Shown piece by piece: positions 1 to 13,799 of a DNA stretch of 64,000 nucleotides. The stretch is from Eledone cirrhosa (taxonomy: Eukaryota), in NCBI GenBank assembly GCA_964016885.1, contig OZ024748.1, positions 39,990,001-40,054,000 on the forward strand, written 5' to 3'. Below the pieces are notes generated by a model. It searched no databases, had not been told where the DNA came from, and worked only from the letters and a program-made list of their open reading frames with translations. Within the stretch, counting starts at the first letter, position 1. The number at the start of each line of letters is the position of its first letter. The translations under genes and the position numbers were made by a program.

Positions 1-2982
1 AGACACTGCCTATGTCATTAACCCTTTCATTACCATATTTCTAATGAAAGTCACTGTCTATGACATTAACCCTTTCATTACCATATTTCTAATGAAAGAC
101 AATGTCTATGTGATTAACGCTGTCATTACCATATTTCTAATAAAAGTCACTGTCTATGTCATTAACCCTTTCATTACCATATTTCTAATGAAAGATACTG
201 TCTATGTCATTAACCCTTTCATTACCATATTTCTAATGAAAGTCACTGCCTATGTCATTAACCCTTTCATTACCATATTTCTAATGAAAGACAATGTCTA
301 TGTCATTAACCCTTTCATTACCATATTTCTAATAAAAGTAACTCTCTATATCATTAACCCTTTCATTACCATATTTCTAATGAAAGACACTGTCTATGTC
401 ATTAACCCTTTCATTACCATATTTCTAATGAAAGTCACTGTCTATGTCATTAACCCTTTCATTACCATATTTCTAATGAAAGACACTGTCTATGTCATTA
501 ACCCTTTCATTACCATATTTCTAATGAAAGTCACTGTCTATGTCATTAAGCTTTCATTACCATATTTCTGATGAAAGACACTGCCTATGTCATTAACCCT
601 TTCATTACCATATTTCTAATGAAAGTCACTGTCTATGTAATTAACGCTGTCATTACCATATTTCTAATGAAAGTCACTGTCTATGTCATTAACCCTTTCA
701 TTACCATATTTCTAATGAAAGATACTGTCTATGTCATTAACCCTTTCATTACCATATTTCTAATGAAAGTCACTGCCTATGTCATTAACCCTTTCATTAC
801 CATATTTCTAATGAAAGACAATGTCTATGTCATTAACCCTTTCATTACCATATTTCTAATGAAAGACACTGTCTATATCATTAACCCTTTCATTTCCATA
901 TTTCTAATGAAAGACACTGTCTATGCAATTAACGCTTTCATTAACATATTTCTCACAAAAGCCACTGTTTATGTCATTGACCATTTCATTACCATATTTC
1001 TAATGAAAGACATTGTCTATGTCAATAACACATTCATTACCATATTTCTAATGAAAGACACTGCCTATTTCATTAACCCATTCATTGCCATATTTCTAAT
1101 GAAAGACACTGTCTATGTCATTAACCCTTTATTATAATATTTCTAATGAAAGACACTGTCTATGTCATTAACCCTTTATTATCATATTTCTAATGAAAGA
1201 CACTGTCTATGTCATTAACCCTTTCATTAACATATTTCTCACAAAAGACACTGCCTATGTCCATATTACCATATTTCTAATGAAAGACACTGTCTATGTC
1301 ATTAACTCTTTCATTACCATATTTCTAATGAAAGACGCTGTCTATTTCATTAACCCTTTCATTACCATATTTCTAATGAAAGACACTGCCAATGTCATTA
1401 ACTTTTTCATTTCCATATTTCTGACACTGTCTATGTCATTAACCCTTTCATTATTATATTTCTAATAAAAGACACTGTCTATGTCATTAACCCTGTCATT
1501 ACCATGTTTCTAATGAAAGACACTGCCGATGTCATTAACCCTTTCATTACGATATTTCTGACACTGTCTATTTCATTAACCCTTTCATTACCATATTTCT
1601 AATGAAAGACACTGTCTATGTCATTAACCCTTTCATTACCATATTTCTAATGAAAGACACTGTCTATTTCATTAACCCTTTCATTACCATATTTCAAATA
1701 AAGACACTGTCTATGTCATTAACCCTTTCATTACCATATTTCTAATGAAAGTCACTGTCTACGTCATTAACCCTTTCATTACCATATTTCTAATGAAAGT
1801 CACTGTCTATTTCATTAATCCTTTCATTACCATATTTCTAATGAAAGACACTGTCTATGTCATTAACCATTTCATTACCATATTTCTAATGAAAGTCACT
1901 GTCTATGTCATTAAACCTTTCATTACCATATTTCTAATGAAAGTCACTGTCTATTTCATTAACCCTTTCATTACCATATTTCTAATGAAAGACACTGTCT
2001 ATGTCATTAACCCTTTCATTACAATATTTATAATGAAAGTCACTGTCTATGTCATTAACCCTTTCATTACCATATTTCTAATGAAAGTCACTGTCTATGT
2101 CATTAATCCTTTCATTACCATATTTCTAATGAAAGTCACTGTCTATGTCATTAACCCTTTCATTACCATATTTCTAATGAAAGACACTCTCTATGTCATT
2201 AACCCTTTCATTACCATATTTCTAATGAAAGTCACTGTCTATGTCATTAACCCTTTCATTACCATATTTCTAATGAAAGACACTGTCTATGTCATTAACC
2301 CTTTCATTACCATATTTCTAATGAAAGTCACTGTCTATGTCATTAAGCTTTCATTACCATATTTCTGATGAAAGACACTGCCTATGTCATTAACCCTTTC
2401 ATTACCATATTTCTAATGAAAGTCACTGTCTATGTGATTAACCCTGTCATTACCATATTTCTAATGAAAGTCACTGTCTATGTCATTAACCCTTTCATTA
2501 CCATATTTCTAATGAAAGTCACTGTCTATGTCATTAACCCTTTCATTACCATATTTCTAATGAAAGATACTGTCTATGTCATTAACCCTTTCATTACCAT
2601 ATTTCTAATGAAAGTCACTGTCTATGTCATTAACCCTTTCATTACCATATTTCTAATGAAAGACAATGTCTATGTCATTAACCCTTTCATTACCATATTT
2701 TTAATAAAAGTAACTGTCTATATCATTAACCATTTCATTACCATATTTCTAATGAAAGACACTGTCTATATCATTAACCCTTTCATTTCCATATTTCTAA
2801 TGAAAGACACTGTCTATGCAATTAACGCTTTCATTAACATATTTCTCACAAAAGCCACTGTTTATGTCATTGACCATTTCATTACCATATTTCTAATGAA
2901 AGACATTGTCTATGTCAATAACACATTCATTACCATATTTCTAATGAAAGACACTGCCTATGTCATTAACCCTTTCATTACC

Positions 2983-5900
2983 ATATTTCTAATGAAAGAC
3001 ACTGCCTATGTCATTAACCCTTTCATTACCATATTTCTAATGAAAGACACTGCCTATGTCATTAACACTTTCATTACCATATTTCTAATGTAAGACACTG
3101 TCTGTCATTAACCCTGTCATTACTATATTTCTAATGAAAGACTACTGCCTATGTCATTAACCCTTTCATTACCATATTTCTAATGAAAGACACTGTCTAT
3201 GTCATTAACCCTTTATTATCATATTTCTAATGAAAGACACTGTCTATGTTATTAACCCTTTATTATCATATTTCTAATGAAAGACACTGTCTATGTCATT
3301 AACCCTTTCATTAACATATTTCTCACAAAAGACACTGCCTATGTCCATATTACCATATTTCTAATGAAAGACACTGCCTATGTCATTAACCCTTTCATTA
3401 CCATATTTCTAATGAAAGACACTGTCTATGTCATTAACCCTTTATTATCATATTTGTAATGAAAGACACTGTCTATGTCATTAACCCTTTATTATCATAT
3501 TTCTAATGAAAGACACTGTCTATGTCATTAACCCTTTCATTAACATATTTCTCACAAAAGACACTGCCTATGTCCATATTACCATATTTCTAATGAAAGA
3601 CACTGTCTATGGCATTAACTATTTCATTACCATATTTCTAATGAAAGACGCTGTCTATTTCATTAACCCTTTCATTACCATATTTCTAATGAAAGACACT
3701 GCCAATGTCATTAACTTTTTCATTACCATATTTCTGACACTGTCTATGTCATTAACCCTTTCATTATTATATTTCTAATAAAAGACACTGTCTATGTCAT
3801 TAACCCTGTCATTACCATGTTTCTAATGAAAGACACTGCCGATGTCATTAACACTTTCATTACCATATTTCTGACACTGTCTATTTCATTAACCCTTTCA
3901 TTACCATATTTCTAATGAAAGACACTGTCTATGTCATTAACCCTTTCATTACCATATTTCGAATGAAAGACACTGTCTATTTCATTAACCCTTTCATTAC
4001 CATATTTCAAATGAAAGACACTGTCTATTTCATTAACCCTTTCATTACCATATTTCTAATGAAAGACACTGTCTATTTCATTAACCCTTTCATTACCAGA
4101 TTTCTAATGAAAGACACTGTCTATTTCATTAACCCTTTCATTACCATATTTCTAATGAAAGACACTGTCTATTTCATTAACCCTTTCATTACCATATTTC
4201 TAATGAAAGACACTGTCTATGTCATTAACCATTTCATTACCATATTTCTAATGAAAGTCACTGTCTATCTCATTAAACCTTTCATTACCATATTTCTAAT
4301 GAAAGACACTGTCTATGTCATTAACCCTTTCATTACCATATTTCTAATGAAAGACACTGTCTATGTCATTAACCCTTTCATTACCATATTTCTAATGAAA
4401 GACACTGTCTATATCATTAACCCTTTCATTACCATATTTCTAATGAAAGACACTGTCTATGCAATTAACCCTTTCATTACCATATTTCTCACAAAAGCCA
4501 CTGTTTATGTTATTGACCATTTCATTACCATATTTCTAATGAAAGACATTGTCTATGTCAATAACACATTCATTACCATATTTCTAATGAAAGACACTGC
4601 CTATGTCATTAACACTTTCATTACCATATTTCTAATGTAAGACACTGTCTGTCATTAACCCTATCATTACTATATTTCTGATGAAAGACACTGCCTATGT
4701 GATTAACCCTTTCATTACCATATTTCTAATGAAAGACACTGTCTATGTCATTAACCCTTTATTATCATATTTCTAATGAAAGAAACTGTCTATGTCATTA
4801 ACCCTTTATTATCATATTTCTAATGAAAGACACTGTCTATGTCATTAACCCTTCCATTAACATATTTCTCACAAAAGACACTGCCTATGTCCATATTACC
4901 ATATTTCTAATGAAAGACACTGTCTATGTCATTAACTCTTTCATTACTATATTTCTAATGAAAGACACTGTCTATTTCATTAACCCTTTCATTACCATAT
5001 TTTGTAATGAAAGACACTGCCAATGTCATTAACTTTTTCATTACCATATTTCTGACACTGTCTATGTCATTAACCCTTTCATTATCATATGTCTAATAAA
5101 AGACACTGTTTATGTCATTAACCCTTTCATTACCATATTTCTAATGAAAGACACTGTCTATTTCATTAACCCTTTCATTACCATATTTCTAATGAAAGAC
5201 ACTGTCTATTTCATTAACCCTTTCATTACCATATTTCTAATGAAAGACATTGTCTATTTCATTAACCCTTTCATTACCATATTTGTAATGAAAGACACTG
5301 TCTATTTCATTAACCCTTTCATTACCATATTTCTAATGAAAGACACTGTTTATGTCATTAACTCTTCCATTACCATATTTCTAATGAAAGACACTGTCTA
5401 TTTCATTAACCCTTTCATTACCATATTTCTAATGAAAGACACTGCCAATGTCATTAACTTTTTCATTACCATATTTCTGAAACTGTCTATGTCATTAACC
5501 CTTTCATTATCATATTTCTAATAAAAGACACTGTTTATGTCATTAACCCTATCATTACCATATTTCTAATGAAAGACAGTGGCTATGTCATTAACCCTCT
5601 CATTACCATGTTTCTAATGAAAGACACTGCCGATGTCATTAACACATTCATTACCATATTTCTGACACTTTCTATTTCATTAACCCTTTCATTACCATAT
5701 TTCTAATGAAAGACACTGTCTATGTCATTAACCCTTTCATTACCATATTTCTAATGAAAGACACTGTCTATTTCATTAACCCTTTCATTACCATATTTCT
5801 AATGAAAGACACTGTCTATGTCATTAACCCTTTCATTACCATATTTCTAATGAAAGTCACTGTCTATGTCATTAACCCTTTCATTACCATATTTCTAATG

Positions 5901-8900
5901 AAAGATACTGTCTATGTCATTGACCATTTCATTACCATATTTCTAATGAAAGACATTGTCTATGTCAATAACACATTCATTACCATATTTCTAATGAAAG
6001 ACACTGCCTATGTCATTAACACTTTCATTACCATATTTCTAATGTAAGACACTGTCTGTCATTAACCCTATCATTACTATATTTCTAATGAAAGACACTG
6101 CCTATGTCATTAACCCTTTCATTACCATATTTCTAATGAAAGACACTGCCTATGTCATTAACACTTTCATTACCATATTTCTAATGTAAGACACTGTCTG
6201 TCATTAACCCTGTCATTACTATATTTCTAATGAAAGACTACTGCCTATGTCATTAACCCTTTCATTACCATATTTCTAATGAAAGACACTGTCTATGTCA
6301 TTAACCCTTTATTATCATATTTCTAATGAAAGACACTGTCTATGTTATTAACCCTTTATTATCATATTTCTAATGAAAGACACTGTCTATGTCATTAACC
6401 CTTTCATTAACATATTTCTCACAAAAGACACTGCCTATGTCCATATTACCATATTTCTAATGAAAGACACTGCCTATGTCATTAACCCTTTCATTACCAT
6501 ATTTCTAATGAAAGACACTGTCTATGTCATTAACCCTTTATTATCATATTTGTAATGAAAGACACTGTCTATGTCATTAACCCTTTATTATCATATTTCT
6601 AATGAAAGACACTGTCTATGTCATTAACCCTTTCATTAACATATTTCTCACAAAAGACACTGCCTATGTCCATATTACCATATTTCTAATGAAAGACACT
6701 GTCTATGGCATTAACTATTTCATTACCATATTTCTAATGAAAGACGCTGTCTATTTCATTAACCCTTTCATTACCATATTTCTAATGAAAGACACTGCCA
6801 ATGTCATTAACTTTTTCATTACCATATTTCTGACACTGTCTATGTCATTAACCCTTTCATTATTATATTTCTAATAAAAGACACTGTCTATGTCATTAAC
6901 CCTGTCATTACCATGTTTCTAATGAAAGACACTGCCGATGTCATTAACACTTTCATTACCATATTTCTGACACTGTCTATTTCATTAACCCTTTCATTAC
7001 CATATTTCTAATGAAAGACACTGTCTATGTCATTAACCCTTTCATTACCATATTTCGAATGAAAGACACTGTCTATTTCATTAACCCTTTCATTACCATA
7101 TTTCAAATGAAAGACACTGTCTATTTCATTAACCCTTTCATTACCATATTTCTAATGAAAGACACTGTCTATTTCATTAACCCTTTCATTACCATATTTC
7201 TAATGAAAGACACTGTCTATTTCATTAACCCTTTCATTACCATATTTCTAATGAAAGACACTGTCTATTTCATTAACCCTTTCATTACCATATTTCTAAT
7301 GAAAGACACTGTCTATGTCATTAACCATTTCATTACCATATTTCTAATGAAAGTCACTGTCTATCTCATTAAACCTTTCATTACCATATTTCTAATGAAA
7401 GACACTGTCTATGTCATTAACCCTTTCATTACCATATTTCTAATGAAAGACACTGTCTATGTCATTAACCCTTTCATTACCATATTTCTAATGAAAGACA
7501 CTGTCTATATCATTAACCCTTTCATTACCATATTTCTAATGAAAGACACTGTCTATGCAATTAACCCTTTCATTACCATATTTCTCACAAAAGCCACTGT
7601 TTATGTTATTGACCATTTCATTACCATATTTCTAATGAAAGACATTGTCTATGTCAATAACACATTCATTACCATATTTCTAATGAAAGACACTGCCTAT
7701 GTCATTAACACTTTCATTACCATATTTCTAATGTAAGACACTGTCTGTCATTAACCCTATCATTACTATATTTCTGATGAAAGACACTGCCTATGTGATT
7801 AACCCTTTCATTACCATATTTCTAATGAAAGACACTGTCTATGTCATTAACCCTTTATTATCATATTTCTAATGAAAGAAACTGTCTATGTCATTAACCC
7901 TTTATTATCATATTTCTAATGAAAGACACTGTCTATGTCATTAAGCCTTCCATTAACATATTTCTCACAAAAGACACTGCCTATGTCCATATTACCATAT
8001 TTCTAATGAAAGACACTGTCTATGTCATTAACTCTTTCATTACTATATTTCTAATGAAAGACACTGTCTATTTCATTAACCCTTTCATTACCATATTTTG
8101 TAATGAAAGACACTGCCAATGTCATTAACTTTTTCATTACCATATTTCTGACACTGTCTATGTCATTAACCCTTTCATTATCATATGTCTAATAAAAGAC
8201 ACTGTTTATGTCATTAACCCTTTCATTACCATATTTCTAATGAAAGACACTGTCTATTTCATTAACCCTTTCATTACCATATTTCTAATGAAAGACACTG
8301 TCTATTTCATTAACCCTTTCATTACCATATTTCTAATGAAAGACATTGTCTATTTCATTAACCCTTTCATTACCATATTTGTAATGAAATACACTGTCTA
8401 TTTCATTAACCCTTTCATTACCATATTTCTAATGAAAGACACTGTTTATGTCATTAACTCTTCCATTACCATATTTCTAATGAAAGACACTGTCTATTTC
8501 ATTAACCCTTTCATTACCATATTTCTAATGAAAGACACTGCCAATGTCATTAACTTTTTCATTACCATATTTCTGAAACTGTCTATGTCATTAACCCTTT
8601 CATTATCATATTTCTAATAAAAGACACTGTTTATGTCATTAACCCTATCATTACCATATTTCTAATGAAAGACAGTGGCTATGTCATTAACCCTCTCATT
8701 ACCATGTTTCTAATGAAAGACACTGCCGATGTCATTAACACATTCATTACCATATTTCTGACACTTTCTATTTCATTAACCCTTTCATTACCATATTTCT
8801 AATGAAAGACACTGTCTATGTCATTAACCCTTTCATTACCATATTTCTAATGAAAGACACTGTCTATTTCATTAACCCTTTCATTACCATATTTCTAATG

Positions 8901-9182
8901 AAAGACACTGTCTATGTCATTAACCCTTTCATTACCATATTTCTAATGAAAGTCACTGTCTATGTCATTAACCCTTTCATTACCATATTTCTAATGAAAG
9001 ATACTGTCTATGTCATTGACCATTTCATTACCATATTTCTAATGAAAGACATTGTCTATGTCAATAAGACATTCATTACCATATTTCTAATGAAAGACAC
9101 TGCCTATGTCATTAACACTTTCATTACCATATTTCTAATGTAAGACACTGTCTGTCATTAACCCTATCATTACTATATTTCT
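2983..9182. repeat. Tandem duplication of a 3096-bp higher-order block (2 copies)
   Basis: Private markers recur at +3096: GACTACTGCC insertion (3141/6237), TATGGCATTAACTAT, TTTCGAATG. ORF-track starts 3277/6373, 3506/6602, 3915/7011, 4823/7919, 5144/8240 and 5706/8802 all differ by 3096. Only a few substitutions separate the copies. Ends approximate. Confidence 0.92.
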
Positions 9183-12100
9183 GATGAAAGACACTGCCTA
9201 TGTCATTAACCCTTTCATTACCATATTTCTAATGAAAGACACTGTCTATGTCATTAACCCTTTATTATCATATTTCTAATGAAAGACACTGTCTATGTCA
9301 TTAACCCTTTCATTAACATATTTCTCACAAAAGACACTGCCTATGTCCATATTACCATATTTCTAATGAAAGACACTGTCTATTTCATTAACCCTTTCAT
9401 TACCATATTTCTAATGAAAGACACTGCCAATGTCATTAACTTTTTCATTACCATATTTCTGACACTGTCTATGTCATTAACCCTTTCATTATCATATTTC
9501 TAATAAAAGACACTGTTTATGTCATTAACCCTATCATTACCATATTTCTAATGAAAGACACTGTCTATGTCATTAACCCTGTCATTACCATGTTTCTAAT
9601 GAAAGACACTGCCGATGTCATTAACACATTCATTACCATATTTCTGACACTGTCTATTTCATTAACCCTATCATTACCATATTTCTAATGAAAGACACTG
9701 TCTATGTCATTAACCCTTTCATTACCATATTTCTAATGAAAGCCACTGTCTATTTCATTAACCCTTTCATTACCATATTTCTAATGAAAGACACTGTCTA
9801 TTTCATTAACCCTTTCATTACCATATTTCTAATGAAAGACACTGTCTATTTCATTAACCCTTTCATTACCATATTTGTAATGAAAGACACTGTCTATTTC
9901 ATTAACCCTTTCATTACCATATTTCTAATGAAAGACACTGTTTATGTCATTAACTCTTTCATTACCATATTTCTAATGAAAGACACTGTCTATTTCATTA
10001 ACCCTTTCATTACCATATTTCTAATGAAAGACACTGCCAATGTCATTAACGTTTTCATTACCATATTTCTGACACTGTCTATGTCATTAACCCTTTCATT
10101 ACCATATTTCTAATGAAAGACACTGTCTATTTCATTAACCCTTTCATTACCATATTTCTAATGAAAGACACTGTCTATTTCATTAACCCTTTCATTACCA
10201 TATTTGTAATGAAAGACACTGTCTATTTCATTAACCCTGTCATTACTATATTTCTAATAAAAGACACTGTTTATGTCATTAACCCTATCATTACCATATT
10301 TCTAATGAAAGACACTGTCTATGTCATTAACCCTTTATTATCATATTTCTAATGAAAGACACTGTCTATGTCATTAACCCTTTCATTACCATATTTCTAA
10401 TGTAAGACACTGTCTGTCATTAACCCTATCATTACTATATTTCTGATGAAAGACACTGCCTATGTCATTAACCCTTTCATTACCATATTTCTAATGAAAG
10501 ACACTGTCTATGTCATTAACCCTTTATTATCATATTTCTAATGAAAGACACTGTCTATGTCATTAACCCTTTATTATCATATTTCTAATGAAAGACACTG
10601 TCTATGTCATTAACCCTTTCATTACCATATTTCTAATGAAAGACACTGTCTATGTCATTAACCCTTTCATTACCATATTTCTAATGAAAGACACTGTCTA
10701 TGTCATTAACCCTTTATTATCATATTTCTAATGAAAGACACTGTCTATGTCATTAACCCTTTATTATCATATTTCTAATGAAAGACACTGTCTATGACAT
10801 TAACCCTTTATTATCATATTTCTAATGAAAGACACTGTCTATGTCATTAACCCTTTCATTAACATATTTCTCACAAAAGACACTGCCTATGTCCATATTA
10901 CCATATTTCTAATGAAAGACACTGTCTATGTCATTAACTCTTTCATTACTATATATCTAATGAAAGACACTGTCTATTTCATTAACCCTTTCATTACCAT
11001 ATTTCTAATGAAAGACACTGCCAATGTCATTAACTTTTTCATTACCATATTTCTGACACTGTCTATGTCATTAACCCTTTCATTATCATATGTCAAATAA
11101 AAGACACTGTTTATGTCATTAACCCTTTCATTACCATATTTCTAATGAAAGACACTGTCTATTTCATTAACCCTTTCATTACCATATTTCTAATGAAAGA
11201 CACTGTCTATTTCATTAACCCTTTCATTAATATATTTCTAATGAAAGACACTGTCTATTTCATTAACCCTTTCATTACCATATTTGTAATGAAAGACACT
11301 GTCTATTTCATTAACCCTTTCATTACCATATTTCTAATGAAAGACACTATTTATGTCATTAACTCTTTCATTACCATATTTCTAATGAAAGACACTGTCT
11401 ATTTCATTAACCCTTTCATTACCATATTTCTAATGAAAGACACTGCCAATGTCATTAACTTTTTCATTACCATATTTCTGACACTGTCTATGTCATTAAC
11501 CCTTTCATTATCATATTTCTAATAAAAGACACTGTTTATGTCATTAACCCTATCATTACCATATTTCTAATGAAAGACACTGTCTATGTCATTAACCCTG
11601 TCATTACCATGTTTCTAATGAAAGACACTGCCGATGTCATTAACACATTCATTACCATATTTCTGACACTGTCTATTTCATTAACCCTTTCATTACCATA
11701 TTTCTAATGAAAGACACTGTCTATGTCATTAACCCTTTCATTACCATATTTCTAATGAAAGTCACTGTCTATGTCATTAACTCTTTCATTACCATATTTC
11801 TAATGAAAGATACTGTCTATGTCATTGACCATTTCATTACCATATTTCTAATGAAAGACATTGTCTATGTCAATAACACATTCATTACCATATTTCTAAT
11901 GAAAGACACTGCCTATGTCATTAACACTTTCATTACCATATTCCTAATGTAAGACACTGTCTGTCATTAACCCTATCATTACTATATTTCTGATGAAAGA
12001 CACTGCCTATGTCATTAACCCTTTCATTACCATATTTCTAATGAAAGACACTGTCTATGTCATTAACCCTTTATTATCATATTTCTAATGAAAGACACTG

Positions 12101-13799
12101 TCTATGTCATTAACCCTTTATTATCATATTTCTAATGAAAGACACTGTCTATGTCATTAACCCTTTCATTAACATATTTCTCACAAAAGACACTGCCTAT
12201 GTCCATATTACCATATTTCTAATGAAAGACACTGTCTATGTCATTAACTCTTTCATTACTATATTTCTAATGAAAGACACTGTCTATTTCATTAACCCTT
12301 TCATTACCATATTTCTAATGAAAGACACTGCCAATGTCATTAACTTTTTCATTACCATATTTCTGACACTGTCTATGTCATTAACCCTTTCATTATCATA
12401 TGTCTAATAAAAGACACTGTTTATGTCATTAACCCTTTCATTACCATATTTCTAATGAAAGACACTGTCTATTTCATTAACCCTTTCATTACCATATTTC
12501 TAATGAAAGACACTGTCTATTTCATTAACCCTTTCATTACCATATTTGTAATGAAAGACACTGTCTATTTCATTAACCCTTTCATTACCATATTTCTAAT
12601 GAAAGACACTATTTATGTCATTAACTCTTTCATTACCATATTTCTAATGAAAGACACTGTCTATTTCATTAACCCTTTCATTACCATATTTCTAATGAAA
12701 GACACTGCCAATGTCATTAACTTTTTCATTACCATATTTCTGACACTGTCTATGTCATTAACCCTTTCATTATCATATTTCTAATAAAAGACACTGTTTA
12801 TGTCATTAACCCTATCATTACCATATTTCTAATGAAAGACACTGTCTATTTCATTAACCCTTTCATTACCATATTTCTAATGAAAGACACTGTCTATTTC
12901 ATTAACCCTTTCATTACCATATTTCTAATGAAAGACACTGTCTATGTCATTAACCATTTCATTACCATATTTCTAATGAAAGTCACTGTCTATCTCATTA
13001 ACCCTTTCATTACCATATTTCTAATGAAAGACACTGTCTATGTCATTAACCCTTTATTATCATATTTCTAATGAAAGACACTGTCTATGTCATTAACCCT
13101 TTATTATCATATTTCTAATGAAAGACACTGTCTATGTCATTAACCCTTCCATTAACATATTTCTCACAAAAGACACTGCCTATGTCCATATTACCATATT
13201 TCTAATGAAAGACACTGTCTATCTCATTAACTCTTTCATTACTATATTTCTAATGAAAGACACTGTCTATTTCATTAACCCTTTCATTACCATATTTTGT
13301 AATGAAAGACACTGCCAATGTCATTAACTTTTTCATTACCATATTTCTGACACTGTCTATGTCATTAACCCTTTCATTATCATATGTCTAATAAAAGACA
13401 CTGTTTATGTCATTAACCCTTTCATTACCATATTTCTAATGAAAGACACTGTCTATTTCATTAACCCTTTCATTACCATATTTCTAATGAAAGACACTGT
13501 CTATTTCATTAACCCTTTCATTACCATATTTCTAATGAAAGACATTGTCTATTTCATTAACCCTTTCATTACCATATTTGTAATGAAAGACACTGTTTAT
13601 GTCATTAACTCTTCCATTACCATATTTCTAATGAAAGACACTGTCTATTTCATTAACCCTTTCATTACCATATTTCTAATGAAAGACACTGCCAATGTCA
13701 TTAACTTTTTCATTACCATATTTCTGAAACTGTCTATGTCATTAACCCTTTCATTATCATATTTCTAATAAAAGACACTGTTTATGTCATTAACCCTAT

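Noticed and set aside
19-25. Telomere-like TAACCCT in each monomer and the C-rich + strand
   Set aside because: Only a single 7-bp match per monomer with no tandem (TTAGGG)n, which is insufficient to call telomeric or subtelomeric DNA.
24-50. 9-bp inverted repeats as transposon TIRs, rho-independent terminators or recombinase sites
   Set aside because: They are internal to every monomer, with no TSD pattern, no GC-rich stem with U-tract, and no inversions of array orientation anywhere in the window.
1464-1469. Recurring AATAAA as polyadenylation signals
   Set aside because: A single G>A change of AATGAA in the monomer, amplified with the higher-order cassette; no transcript context.
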